A stretch of DNA of 63,981 nucleotides, counting the filler, from Guillardia theta CCMP2712 (lineage: Eukaryota; Protista; Cryptophyta): the NCBI RefSeq assembly GCF_000315625.1. It is 9 parts of 9 records of this genome, joined end to end, with 100 filler letters (N's around TTAATTAATTAA, not from the genome) between each part and the next. Parts side by side here need not be neighbours in the genome. Positions count along the whole stretch, not along the records: positions 48,287 to 52,827 come from NW_005434169.1; positions 52,928 to 56,171 come from NW_005434067.1; positions 56,272 to 59,580 come from NW_005434103.1; positions 59,681 to 60,716 come from NW_005434176.1; positions 60,817 to 63,981 come from NW_005434095.1; 4 more parts are not named here. The stretch is one strand, 5' to 3'. The position numbers and the translations under genes were made by a program. Shown in pieces: positions 50,778 to 63,029 of the stretch (its first letter is position 1; every line of letters begins with the position of its first letter). Below the pieces are notes generated by a model. The model saw only the letters and a list, made by a program, of their open reading frames with translations, had not been told where the DNA came from and did no database searches.

Positions 50778-51744
50778 CCCCTCACCTTCTCTTGCCCACT
50801 AGATACCATCCCCAACGCCCCTCCCCTCCCCTCCCCCTCTCCTCCTCTCCCCTGCTCTCCCTCCAACCCCCCCCACCTGCCCCTCCTCTCACTCCTCGTC
50901 TTTCAACCATCTAGCTTAGATCTCCTCCTCCTCCTCCTCCTCCTCCTCATCGGAAGTGCTGTACCATCTGGCTCACTTGGAACTTCACTTGTTCCTCCAG
51001 CAGCTGCAGCTTCAGTCTCCCTTCCTCCGTCGCCAGCAGATTCTCCATACACTCTTGCTGCAAAACATTTCATTAGTCTCTACCTCCTTCTGTCCTCCCT
51101 TCCGACTTGCTATCCTTCCTCTCTCCCTCCCTCCTCTACTCCTCCTCCATTACTCCTCCTCCCCTCCTTTTTGCTGTCTCCTCGTCTCCACCTCCCTCCC
51201 TCCTCCTCCTCCTCCTCCTCCTCCTCCTCCTCCCCCCCTCCATTTCTGCTGCCTCCCCTCTCTCTCCTTACTTCCTCCTCCTCTCCCCCTCACCTCTCTG
51301 TCTATCTTGTAGTCCCTGCTCAGCTCGTCCGCCCTTCGCAGGTCGCCCGTCGACCACATGAGAGGACGAGTGCAGTTTGGGTCCCGCCGCTGCGCCTCGT
51401 CGAACTCTTCTGCCGAGACCTACTCCGAGTCACATGAAGTAGAGGAGGAGGAGAGAGGAGCGAGGAGCGAGGAGCGAGGAGAGAGGAGAGAGGAGAGAGG
51501 AGAGAGGAGAGAGAAGAGAGGAGAAGACAGGAGGAGAGTGGAGAGAGGAGGGAGGAGGAGGAGGAGGATGACACGTATGGGGGCAAGGGCGTGGAGAGGA
51601 GTTGGAGAAGAAGTGAACGGGGAAGACGAGCAAGGAAGCGCGAAGGGGAGAGAGGGAGAGGAAGATAGCATCGATGATATTGGCGGGGATCAACATCACA
51701 ACTTGAAGGAGAATATCCCACGAGCAACTTGAGGGATAACGACT

Positions 51745-52552
51745 TACTGCTCGCATGTAGTGCTTCGTGCAGTACGACCTGCCCTTCCAGTCAAGCTGCT
51801 TGTCCTTGATATGCTGCACCAGCACGCAACGGGGCCCGAGCTCATCGTTCCAGTAGCCGTAGCGGAAGTAGCGAACGAGAGTCTTCTTGTCGCAGTTGAG
51901 CACGTCGTCGATGATGTAGCAGATGAACTCTAGATCCGTCATGCACATGGGCGCGTCGTGCGATGCGAACCTGGTCACCAGTTCCTCCTTGTGGATGCCG
52001 CACAGTCGTGGCATCATGTCGTTTGTGAAGAAGTCCGTCCTTCGATGGTTCACTGGGTCCCAGAGGATTCGGAGGAACGCCACCTGCTCGTTCTTATTCC
52101 ACATGTCCTCTTCCAGCCAGTACATGCTCGAGTCTGGCGGGCAGCTGCTCCCGTAGCCCTCTCCTCCTCCTCCTCCTCCTCCTCCTCCCCCTCCCTCCTC
52201 GTGCGCTCTGGACGACTTCTTGTTGAGAGCGTTGAGCAGCGTCGCTAGCCCGTAGCTGATGGTGTGCTGGAGCTGAGCTGGGAGGTTGTTGAAGATGTGC
52301 AGCAGCCTGTCAGCCTGCAGGCCGAACTCCCAGTAGCGCTTGAGGAGCTCGTAAGACCAGCACGTCGACCATTCCGCACCCAGCGTGAGGGGCTCGGGAG
52401 AGAAGCTGATACGGTTGATGCTGTAGGGGATGGGGCGCTGGATGCGAGGAGAGCGCTGAGCAGAGTAGTTGTCGAAGGAAGGGAGGGAGTCCGGGCTCCC
52501 TGCTGCCGTGGAGGCACTTGGAGAGATGGCCTGAGACGGCCGGTGGGAGACC
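51745..52552 (-). CDS. Hypothetical protein, internal exon
   Basis: Long non-repetitive frame with GC-rich third positions (...WSYELLKRYWEFGLQ...MYWLEEDMWNKNEQVAFLRILWD...) bounded by AG/GT. Confidence 0.6.
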
Positions 52553-52927
52553 TAGCGCAGGGGAGAGTGAGCTCGGGACCAGCTGGGTAGGGACATGAAG
52601 GCAGAGGAGGAGGATGAGAAGAGGGATGGTTGTCAGGAGGAGAAGAACGCGAGGTTTGACAAGACGTTGTGACAAGGTTGTGGGGATGTGCGAGAGAGGA
52701 GAGCGAGCGAGAAAAAGGGAGGAAGACAAGCAAGGGGAGGGGAGGGAGGAAGGGAGGGAGGGAGGGAGAGGGAGGGGAGGGGAGGGGAGGGAGGGAGGGA
52801 GGGAGGGAGGGAGGAAGGGAGGAGGAGNNNNNNNNNNNNNNNNNNNNNNNNNNNNNNNNNNNNNNNNNNNNTTAATTAATTAANNNNNNNNNNNNNNNNN
52901 NNNNNNNNNNNNNNNNNNNNNNNNNNN

Positions 52928-53365
52928 CCCGGTCCGTTGGGTTGGCCATTTCCTTTGCGTTGCAGAGTTCGAAATATGTTCATGTGGTGGAATTTGGGGC
53001 AAGATGTCATCGTGCAAGGACAAGTGAGGAGGATTCGGCCCTTAAAGCACCTAAGTAAGTTTCCTTTCTCCGCAGACGTGTCGAATGATGAGAACACGAG
53101 GAAGAATGTGTACAAAGCATATTATGTGATGACCATGGTGGAAGATATATGCCGAGAGCAAGGAGTACTGCAAGGAAGCGAGGTAATTATGCCTCACAAC
53201 TTCTGTCAATGTTACAGAACTGGTTTCCGTACACTGGTGGAAAGGGCGTACGGAGAAGATGCATGGACGGCGATGGCACAGAGAAAGAGGTACTCGCAAT
53301 ACTCATACATCACATACTACAAGCACTTGGTGGAATATCGTGCAGACATTTTCCAAAGCACGTAG
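52928..53365 (+). CDS. C-terminal fragment of an unknown protein, possibly a Crypton/GCR1_C-like DNA-binding region
   Basis: WPFP...MFMWWNLG...IRPLKHL pattern; AT-richer contig with no introns. Confidence 0.35.
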   Translation, partial: PGPLGWPFPLRCRVRNMFMWWNLGQDVIVQGQVRRIRPLKHLSKFPFSADVSNDENTRKNVYKAYYVMTMVEDICREQGVLQGSEVIMPHNFCQCYRTGFRTLVERAYGEDAWTAMAQRKRYSQYSYITYYKHLVEYRADIFQST

Positions 53366-55054
53366 TGTAGAGCATGTACAGTTCGTTCCTGAATGAAATC
53401 ATTGTTGAGTTGATACATGCGTGTTAAGCCCTAATGTGGAAATGGAATGTTGGAAATGATGAGTCTCGCTACGAGGAAATAAGCGATGGCAGGTTGTGAT
53501 GGTACACTCACTCAAGTTCTATGTGAGAGGATGATGAGAATGAAAGCAACAGATAATGCAGTTGATCAGGTATCATACTGCACTGCAAATCAAGGGTGTT
53601 GTGGGAATTATGACAGTAAAGGGATGCCGGATTATGCTTTGTTGGAGTTGAGGTTGTGAGATGCCGTGGTGAGTATGAGCTGCCATCTGCCATGATGGTG
53701 ATGGAGGAGATATTCGCATCAATCACTGTCTTGATGACATGCTAAACATGATCGGTGGTGTGCATATTGTCATGTACGGCATTATGGATTTTCATGCACT
53801 GGATTCATGNNNNNNNNNNNNNNNNNNNNNNNNNNNNNNNNNNNNNNNNNNNNNNNNNNNNNNNNNNNNNNNNNNNNNNNNNNNNNNNNNNNNNNNNNNN
53901 NNNNNNNNNNNNNNNNNNNNNNNNNNNNNNNNNNNNNNNNNNNNNNNNNNNNNNNNNNNNNNNNNNNNNNNNNNNNNNNNNNNNNNNNNNNNNNNNNNNN
54001 NNNNNNNNNNNNNNNNNNNNNNNNNNNNNNNNNNNNNNNNNNNNNNNNNNNNNNNNNNNNNNNGGCTGCAAGCTGGAGTGCAAGGCTGTGACGGATCAGT
54101 GCAAGTCCGAGACGGGATAGTCAACCCATGAGCAAAGCATGTGCGACTTGAGCACATTCGGACTTCAAAGGCAAGTCAACCTTGGATTTGAGCTGTCGTC
54201 TTGATACTTGGAGGGAAGANNNNNNNNNNNNNNNNNNNNNNNNNNNNNNNNNNNNNNNNNNNNNNNNNNNNNNNNNNNNNNNNNNNNNNNNNNNNNNNNN
54301 NNNNNNNNNNNNNNNNNNNNNNNNNNNNNNNNNNNNNNNNNNNNNNNNNNNNNNNNNNNNNNNNNNNNNNNNNNNNNNNNNNNNNNNNNNNNNNNNNNNN
54401 NNNNNNNNNNNNNNNNNNNNNNNNNNNNNNNNNNNNNNNNNNNNNNNNNNNNNNNNNNNNNNNNNNNNNNNNNNNNNNNNNNNNNNNNNNNNNNNNNNNN
54501 NNNNNNNNNNNNNNNNNNNNNNNNNNNNNNNNNNNNNNNNNNNNNNNNNNNNNNNNNNNNNNNNNNNNNNNNNNNNNNNNNNNNNNNNNNNNNNNNNNNN
54601 NNNNNNNNNNNNNNNNNNNNNNNNNNNNNNNNNNNNNNNNNNNNNNNNNNNNNNNNNNNNNNNNNNNNNNNNNNNNNNNNNNNNNNNNNNNNNNNNNNNN
54701 NNNNNNNNNNNNNNNNNNNNNNNNNNNNNNNNNNNNNNNNNNNNNNNNNNNNNNNNNNNNNNNNNNNNNNNNNNNNNNNNNNNNNNNNNNNNNNNNNNNN
54801 NNNNNNNNNNNNNNNNNNNNNNNNNNNNNNNNNNNNNNNNNNNNNNNNNNNNNNNNNNNNNNNNNNNNNNNNNNNNNNNNNNNNNNNNNNNNNNNNNNNN
54901 NNNNNNNNNNNNNNNNNNNNNNNNNNNNNNNNNNNNNNNNNNNNNNNNNNNNNNNNNNNNNNNNNNNNNNNNNNNNNNNNNNNNNNNNNNNNNNTCGTCA
55001 TCATCATCATCACAGCACAGCAGTATGTCGTCAGTCAACAAGGAACAAGCAAGC

Positions 55055-55644
55055 TCATAACGGATGCATACACATATCTTCCTCCTTCACACCAACACAA
55101 CAGGTGAGATCCACTATATGGCCAAATACATGCGGCTCGTTTGCGAGCCTTTGACTCTCTCTGCCGTGAAAGCGATGGCGATCCAGTGTTCTTTCTTGCG
55201 GTAAGAGTGCTCTCCAGACCCGACCTGGCGAGCACAGGACTGGGTCTTCACGTAGCAGCCGATGGATCTCAGGTACCTTGCGTTCATCTGCTCTTGCCAC
55301 TCGCGGAGATCCCGATCATACTTGAGCACACGATTCTTGACGCGCATCCTTTGAATGCAGCACACGCCAGGAATGATGATGCAAGGAAAGATGAGCATGG
55401 AAGTAGTGAACTGATAGCAGGACGTCGGCTGCTTCTTCCGTACCTCCTCCAGCTCTTTGAGTACAGTATCCAAGTCGTTTCGATTCATTGCGGTCTGAAA
55501 GATCTCTTCGGGTATGGGTACGACAATGCCGCTGCCTTCCTTGGAAGCCCAGCTACTAGGTACCCAGGGGAGGTTTGCTTGGACGAGCTTGCCGTCCTTG
55601 TAGATGAGCTTGGGAGGAGGCTGCTTGACTTGACTGGGATCCAT
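55055..55644 (-). CDS. Cys-rich hydrophobic protein, ERF4/golgin-A7/CHIC-like
   Basis: VPIPEEIF...LIFPCIIIPGVCC...WQEQMNARYL...WIAIAF. Probable C-terminus ...LTCCVGVKEEDMCMHPL* after a frameshift in a (GA)n run at ~55157. Confidence 0.45.
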
Positions 55645-55874
55645 CTCGACAGGTAGAAGGAGGGACAAGGGAACAGTCTCTCCTCCTCTTCTCTCTCCTC
55701 CTCTCCCTCTTCCCGCTCCTCCCCCTCCTCTCCTCCGATTATAAAGATTTATAAAACTCCTTGTAACAACTGTCGCTGGTCAAAAGTTCTTGTTCTCCTT
55801 GGTGTCTTGATCGAAACATCACAAAGATGATCATCTACATGTTACCTGCTCGAGAACTTGTCTGATACACCTTA

Positions 55875-56045
55875 CAGTCCTGTCAGTCTTTACGGCTGCT
55901 CTAGGACATAATCGTCAGTCCTGTCAGTCCTTACGGCTGCTCTAGGATATAATCGTCAGTCCTGTCAGTCTTTACGGCTGCTCTAGGACATAATCGTCAG
56001 TCCTGTCAGTCCTTACGGCTGCTCTACGCCCCGGATATAATCGTC
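55875..56045. repeat. 41-bp tandem repeat, ~4 copies
   Basis: CAGTCCTGTCAGTCYTTACGGCTGCTCTAGGAYATAATCGT units starting at 55875, 55916, ... Confidence 0.9.
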
Positions 56046-56736
56046 GTCGTCTCTAGAAAGTTCCATTCTTCCACATTCAGAGTGACGGCTCGACGAGTGC
56101 TGGAGAGACAGAGAGAGAGAGCACCAAGCCTTCTTCTACAGGCTGCCACGGCCAGGAGTGAAAGTTGCATGNNNNNNNNNNNNNNNNNNNNNNNNNNNNN
56201 NNNNNNNNNNNNNNNTTAATTAATTAANNNNNNNNNNNNNNNNNNNNNNNNNNNNNNNNNNNNNNNNNNNNTCCCCCCCCCCCCTCCCTCCGCATTGTCA
56301 TCAGTTCCCTTGCTGACTCCTCCTCCTCACAGTCATGCTTCCCCTCTTCCTGCTTGTTCTTATGCTCCTTCCTGTTTTCTGCTGCTCCTCCTGCTCCTGC
56401 TGATCCTCCTCCTGCTCCTCCTCTTAGGAGCTCCTGCTCCTCCTGCTCCTCCTGCTCCTCCTCTTAGGAGCTCCTGCTCCTCCTGCTCCTCCTGCTCCTC
56501 CTCTTAGGAGCTCCTGCTCCTCCTGCTCCTCCTGCTCCCCTTCATCCTCCTGCTGCTCCTGCTGCTCATGCTGCCCTTCATCCTCCTGCTCCTGCTCCTG
56601 CTCCTGCCCCTGCCCCTGCCCCTGCCCCTGCCCCTGCCCCTGCTCCTTCTGCTCCTTTCAGACTTGAAACAGGTTTTTGTTTCAAGTCTGCCTCAGCCTG
56701 GATAAAACCTAGCAAGACTAGTCGTTCCTACTGACC

Positions 56737-57475
56737 GAGAGCATCTCTCTACATACTCTGAATGAAGAGAGTGTCTTCACAAGCGCCATCACTGAGAGCA
56801 TCTCTCTACATACTCTGAATGAAGAGAGTGTCTTCACAAGCGCCATCACTGAGAGCATCTCTCAACATACTCTGAATGAAGAGAGTGTCTTCACAAGCGC
56901 CATCACTGAGAGCATCTCTCTACATACTCTGAATGAAGAGAGTGTCTTCACAAGCGCCATCACTGAGAGCATCTCTCAACATACTCTGAATGAAGAGAGT
57001 GTCTTCACAAGCGCCATCACTGAGAGCGTCTCTCTACATACTCTGAATGAAGAGAGTGTCTTCACAAGCGCCATCACTGAGAGCGTCTCTCTACATACTC
57101 TGAATGAAGAGAGTGTCTTCACAAGCGCCATCACTGAGAGCATCTCTCTACATACTCTGAATGAAGAGAGTGTCTTCACAAGCGCCATCACTGAGAGCAT
57201 CTCTCTACATACTCTGAATGAAGAGAGTGTCTTCACAAGCGCCATCACTGAGAGCATCTCTCTACATACTCTGAATGAAGAGATTGTCTTCACAAGCGCC
57301 ATCACTGAGAGCGTCTCTCTACATACTCTGAATGAAGAGATTGTCTTCACAAGCGCCATCACTGAGAGCATGTCTCTACATACTCTGAATGAAGAGATTG
57401 TCTTCATAAGTGCCATCAACGAGAGCATGTCTCTACATACTCTGAATGAAGAGATTGTCTCCACAAGCGCCATCG
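56737..57475. repeat. 57-bp tandem repeat, ~13 copies
   Basis: GAGAGCATCTCTCTACATACTCTGAATGAAGAGAGTGTCTTCACAAGCGCCATCACT; reads ESISLHTLNEESVFTSAIT on the + strand. Confidence 0.95.
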
Positions 57476-58284
57476 CCAGTGACCATGAACTAGCCTGAGA
57501 TGCCGCTACCTGTATCGAGGTCAAATGGTTCGATTGATTGAAATCGGATTTGCCAAGGACGATCTTTTCAACAGATCAGGAGAGCAGAGAACGAGGATGA
57601 TCGCGAATTCGTCAGTGATGTACCACGAACAGTTTCTTCGATGATACCAAGAAATCATCCCTTGTTTCCAACCACCCTGTTGTTGCAACCTGGTTGTCCT
57701 GGGAAAACAGCAACATCAACACCTCCGCATGTGCGCCTTCTCAAAGAGATGAATGTTAATCCTTGCGAGGTGACTGCACTAGTGACTGCAGCTGTGACGA
57801 CTAGCATCTGACAGGAATCTCAGGCGGAGAAAGGCGGAAGGAGCCATAGTAGAGCAGGCAGAGAAAGGCGGAAGGAGCCATAGCAGAGCAGGCGGAGAAA
57901 GGCGGAAGGAGCCAGCAGGTGAAGGGAGCAGGCATCGTACAATCAAGGAAACGCTACAAGCTGACAGGGAAGCTAGAGGTAACTTGAATGACGGGCAGGG
58001 CGGCGACAAGGCAGCAAGGGAGAGGACTGGCGAGGCCGCCTGAGGCTGCCTCGAAGCTGGCGAAGTTGAAGTATCCGCTGCCACTTCATAGTCCGGGGCC
58101 AACAAGACTGGAAAGGAGTGAAGGCGTGTGACGTGTAGGTACTCTGACACTTTGGAAATGCAGCGTAAGGACATACCAGCAAGTGAAGGGCAGGGATTTC
58201 TCCCCAGCAACCTCGGACAGTCGAAGGCAGAGTGATTCGAGGTACCTCATCTAATCGATAGAAGGAGAAGTAAAAGCCTTGGAG

Positions 58285-58584
58285 GTTGAAGCAGACTTGA
58301 TGTATCAAGATGCGGTTGAAGCAGACTTGATGTATCAAGATGCGGTTGAAGCAGACTTGATGTATCAAGATGCGGTTGAAGCAGACTTGATGTATCAAGA
58401 TGCGGTTGAAGCAGACTTGATATATCAAGATGCGGTTGAAGCAGACTTGATGTATCAAGATGCGGTTGAAGCAGACTTGATATATCAAGATGCGGTTGAA
58501 GCAGACTTGATGTATCAAGATGCGGTTGAAGGTTGAAGCAGACTTGATATATCAAGATGCGGTTGAAGCAGACTTGATGTATCA
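58285..58584. repeat. 30-bp tandem repeat, ~10 copies
   Basis: GTTGAAGCAGACTTGATGTATCAAGATGCG (VEADLMYQDA). Confidence 0.95.
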
Positions 58585-59742
58585 GCAATTTGAGAATTTC
58601 TTGACGGAAGAATACGAGCGAGCCACAAGGTTGCGTGGACCTGAGGCGACAGCTGAACAATTCTACGAGTTATCAAAGGTGACTGTATCAGACCTTTTGA
58701 GGCCTTCGAAGCAGGCCGCATGGATATCGCAGTCAGCTTCACCAAGACGTAAGCGGAATCAGATATTTAACAGAGGAAGGAGCGAAATGAATGATTACTT
58801 CATGATGTATGATTTGTAAACCGACTCGCGCATGCTTCGATGAGATGAGGTCATAGGTAGAAAGAGCGCGGATTGTTTGCATCGAGTCAAGGCCTTTCAA
58901 GCCGATGGATTGAAGAAGAGCCTGCTTAGTAGGCTGGTGCGTGTGTTCACACGCCTGAGCTCTGACCCCTGCCAAGACGTGGAACCCACCTTGTTCCCCC
59001 TCATTCGCTTCAGAGGGCTGGACGAGAAGGAAGAGAAGATCCCGAAGGCTCCGCATCCCCTCCTGCTGTCGCTGCGGTCTATGAACTCCATGACGAATTT
59101 TCCTCCATGGGAATGCAATGGGGTCATCTCAGAGCCTACTGTTTCTGTCCTGCTACAATCTGCGCGAGGGGATGCCGTTTGATTTTGATATCTGCGTGGA
59201 GAACGACATGCGCGAAGACTATGCGTTCGAGAAAGAGGAGTGCGAATTCGTCATGGGTCCTTACAGCAGCTTCATCCATGCTTGAGAGTACACTAGAGTA
59301 CACTGAATGACGTGGCCCTGCAGTAAGCAGCTTCTTGTTAGCGCATGTCTTGTGACCAGGCTTCATCTGGTCTAACAAATCAATCACAAGGACCCGCTGC
59401 GTTGACAGACCTACGAAAGCCCTTGGGAATGTCTGACCCTGAACATGCTCGTCCCTTGTAGAAGAGACTGCAGACTCGCTGAAAGCCCGTGAGCTTGAAG
59501 AGAGTGAGGAGAGGAGAGGAGAGGAGAGGAGAGGAGAGGAGAGGAGAGGAGAGGAGGAGAGGAGAGGAGAGGAGAGAGGANNNNNNNNNNNNNNNNNNNN
59601 NNNNNNNNNNNNNNNNNNNNNNNNTTAATTAATTAANNNNNNNNNNNNNNNNNNNNNNNNNNNNNNNNNNNNNNNNNNNNTGTCTGTCTGTCTTGCTTCC
59701 AGCCCCGGATCCTCCTCCGCCCCTTCCGCCCCCTCTCCCCCG

Positions 59743-60123
59743 GTGATCCTCAACGACACTCTTCCCCTCTGTTTCATCAGTCTTCCCTCTGCCGTCATGA
59801 CCTGCATGGCTCTCGTCCCGGCTGGTTGCGAGCAAGCAGCAAGCTCCGCGCATGCCTCCTCATGTCCGGACTCCGTCGCCGCTCCCGCACACCCGCCCGC
59901 CCGCCTCCCCGAGGGCTCTCCTGCATCCCCGTCGATCTCCCCCGCCGGCGGCGTCGAGGAGCACAGCTCCTACTTCCACGTGCTCCAGGCGACCGGCAGG
60001 ACGATGGGCCGGTCGATCGACGCCATGGGCAACTTCATCCTCTACGCCCCGACCCGCCACGGCCAGGCGGACCAGACAGGCAGCTCCCTCATCTCCACCG
60101 GCGAGATCCGGAAGCAGCGGTAG
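59743..60123 (+). CDS. Terminal exon of a hypothetical protein
   Basis: Strong C/G third-position bias in GVEEHSSYFHVLQATGRTMGRSIDAMGNFILYAP...RKQR*. Confidence 0.4.
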   Translation: MILNDTLPLCFISLPSAVMTCMALVPAGCEQAASSAHASSCPDSVAAPAHPPARLPEGSPASPSISPAGGVEEHSSYFHVLQATGRTMGRSIDAMGNFILYAPTRHGQADQTGSSLISTGEIRKQR

Positions 60124-60816
60124 GAGAAGGCCGTGAGGTAGCGTAGGAGGACGGGCCGGAGGAGCGGTGTGTGTACATGTAGAGGAGGAGGAGACCGCTG
60201 TGGGTGTATGCGATGAATAAACAACCGAGTCACCATCCCCTCGTCTACACGGCGCGCGTCGGGTCTATCCGCTTCCATCATGATCGTCACGGGCTGCCGA
60301 CTTTGCAGTGCGGCTGTCTAGGCGATGGGACTCCCGGAGGGACGGGAGCTGGCGGCTTCGCTGCCTGCCACAGGCAAGCAAGGAGGGTCCAGGCTCCCAG
60401 CTCTGACCTTCGACGCCGACCATGCGGGGGCTGCCCGCCTCTTTATGGTTGATCGGCCTGGACTCGCCGAGTCGGCCGGCCTCAGTGCCCGACGGTGACA
60501 AGGCCCTGAGGCTCCAAGCAGGCAGTTCCTGCCCGTCAGGTTCCAGTCTCCCCCCCGGACTGGCGAGCCCTCGCAGCGGCCCGCCGGGGCGGGATACACT
60601 GACCGCCCGACTTGGCAGCCGTTCCAGCCGCTGACCATTATCTTGTCACTCGCTCGGCCCCCGTACGGTCTGTGGGTGTACGAAACTACGACATCACGAC
60701 CGACAGAACACACCCCNNNNNNNNNNNNNNNNNNNNNNNNNNNNNNNNNNNNNNNNNNNNTTAATTAATTAANNNNNNNNNNNNNNNNNNNNNNNNNNNN
60801 NNNNNNNNNNNNNNNN

Positions 60817-61715
60817 AAACCTCCTGGCACACAGCGCACAGCGAGAAGCTGCACAATCACACACAAAACACAAGCCCGAAAAGAACCAGCACTGCTGGCA
60901 CCCAGACGCGGCAGCGCCAGCCCAAGCGCGAAGCCGCGCAGACAAGCAGCCTAAGGGTCAAGCAAGCAAGCAACAAGCAGCAGGAGCATGCAGGAGGAAT
61001 AAAATCCCTTAGACGCGATACCCGGAGGCAGCCGACTGACCACTGTCAGGAGTCGCTGCTCTTGTGGTAGCTGAGGTTGTTACTGCTGATGCCGCCGCCG
61101 CCGCCGCCGGCTTCGCGCGTGGGCTGGCGGTGCCGGGTCTGCTGACAGTTGCCAGCAGTGCTTGTTACCTCTGGTCTTGTTTTTTGTTTGTGTTTGTGCA
61201 GCTTCTCGCTGTGGCGCTGTGTGCATGCAGGTTTAGCTTGTTCCTGGTTTGTTTTGCTTGAGGCACTTTTTACCTTCTACGAGTAAAACTTCGCATCGCC
61301 GCCGCCTTTGCGCCTGCTCCGACTCCCGGAGTCCTTCAGCTGCTGCTGTTGAGGGGAACGCGACTGCGGCAGGAGTCGGGGATCCGAGGGGACCGCAGAA
61401 GTTGCTGCGGCTGCTGCTGCTGCCGCTGTCTTTTGGGCGGCGGTGGCTGCCGCACCCCCTTTGTCTGCTTCTTCCCTTGAGTCACTCTAGCAGGCAGGAG
61501 TAGGCAGATAGCGCTTGCCAGCAGTGCTGGTTGCTTTTGGAGCCAGAGGTTTACTCACACTCGGAATGCCAAGTTAGAAGCTGCACAAACACACACAAAA
61601 ACAAGACCAAAACTGACTGACAGTGGCCAGTCGGATGTCTCCGGGTATCGCGTAGCAACCGTGAACAAGCAGCCGGAGGGGACGTCCGAGATGAAACTCC
61701 CTTAGACGCGATACA
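60817..61715. repeat. Mosaic of diverged inverted and direct repeat modules
   Basis: 60827-60900 is inverted at ~61150-61225 and partly at 61516-61551. 61013-61049 is inverted at ~61617-61653. AGAAGCTGCACAA...CACACAAAACA and CCCTTAGACGCGATAC each occur twice directly. Confidence 0.7.
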
Positions 61716-63029
61716 GCGAGATAGACTGTATGCTAGGATGTGAAACCCAAAGCATCATCCAGACTCAAAGGTTCATGCCAGGGTCGGCCCGCGGGCCGGC
61801 GGAGCGGCCGGGGCCGGGGCCAACTTCTCGGTGACTCATCACTGACTCACACTGGTGGGCCGTCGCGGCCTCATCTGACAGTAGGTCCGCCTCAGATGAA
61901 TTACTATTGTCATAGCAAGACAGCAAAACTTCCTTTAAATTCACTAAATTCCGCCCATCCCACCCTCACCCCCCTCAATCTCTATATTACCCCCATTTCC
62001 CCAGGAATTTCACCCGGTACTTCAAGACTTTATCACCACCCCCTCCCCTCTTTGTCAAAATCCTGATCTTAAATCTGCGAAAACAGTTCTTTTCACGACC
62101 CCACCGTGCGGTCGTAGACTTCGAAATTGGGCAGGTGGATGGATGAGGGGGTGGGGTACTTCGTGTGCATGTAGGGGTCCTAAAGGCTTTCTGGGGTGTC
62201 AAAAGGTTGAGACATACCGGTCATATTATGTGTTATTTACTGGGTGATGGGGGGTGAAGGAAGAAATATCAGGGGTGCTATCGATAGTACACTGATTTTT
62301 AGGGGTAGTCACAAGCCCCCAGCTCTGGGGAAGGGGTAGGGGTGGGTGGATGGAACGGGTGGATCAAGGGGAAACTAGAGAAAAGATGTAGACGAAGCGA
62401 TGAGAGAATGAGAGGAGGAGCAGGAGGAGCAGGAGGAGCAGTAGTAGTATTAGGAGGATCAGGAGGAGGATCAGGAGCAGCAGCAGGAGCAGCAGGAAGA
62501 GGAGGAGCAGGAACAGATGTAGCAGCAGCAGCAGCAGCAGTAGATGCAGCAGCAGCAGCAGCGGCAGCAGCAGCAGGAGAGGAGGAGGAGGAAGAAGATG
62601 ATGATAATGAGGAGGAGGGAGAGGGAGAGGGGAGGACGAGGGAGGGAGGGAGGGAGGGGGGGAGATGAGGGGGAGAAGAGGAGGGAGAGGGAGATAGGGA
62701 GGAGCAGGAGCGAGAGGGAGGGAGAAGGGGATGGATGGAGATAGGAGCAGGAGGGAGGAGTGGGAGGTGAGAGAGAAGAGAGGGGCAGGAAGGAGGATGG
62801 GGTTGGGATGACGGAAGAGTGAAGCCGCTTGTAGCGAGCAACGAGGAGGAGAGAGGTGTAGTATTAGGAGGAGGGAGGTGTAGTATTTGGAGGGGGTTTA
62901 TGTGAGGATAGGCAGGGGTGGTGAGGGTTTGTTGAGGTTCTATGACTAATTGTGCTTGCATGCCAGCGGCGGGGGATGGCGAAGCTTGCGAGAGCCTTTC
63001 CTTCTCCTCGTTAGCGATCGAGACTTGCA

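Noticed and set aside
53739-55154. ORFs spanning long N runs
   Set aside because: Artefacts of translating gaps.
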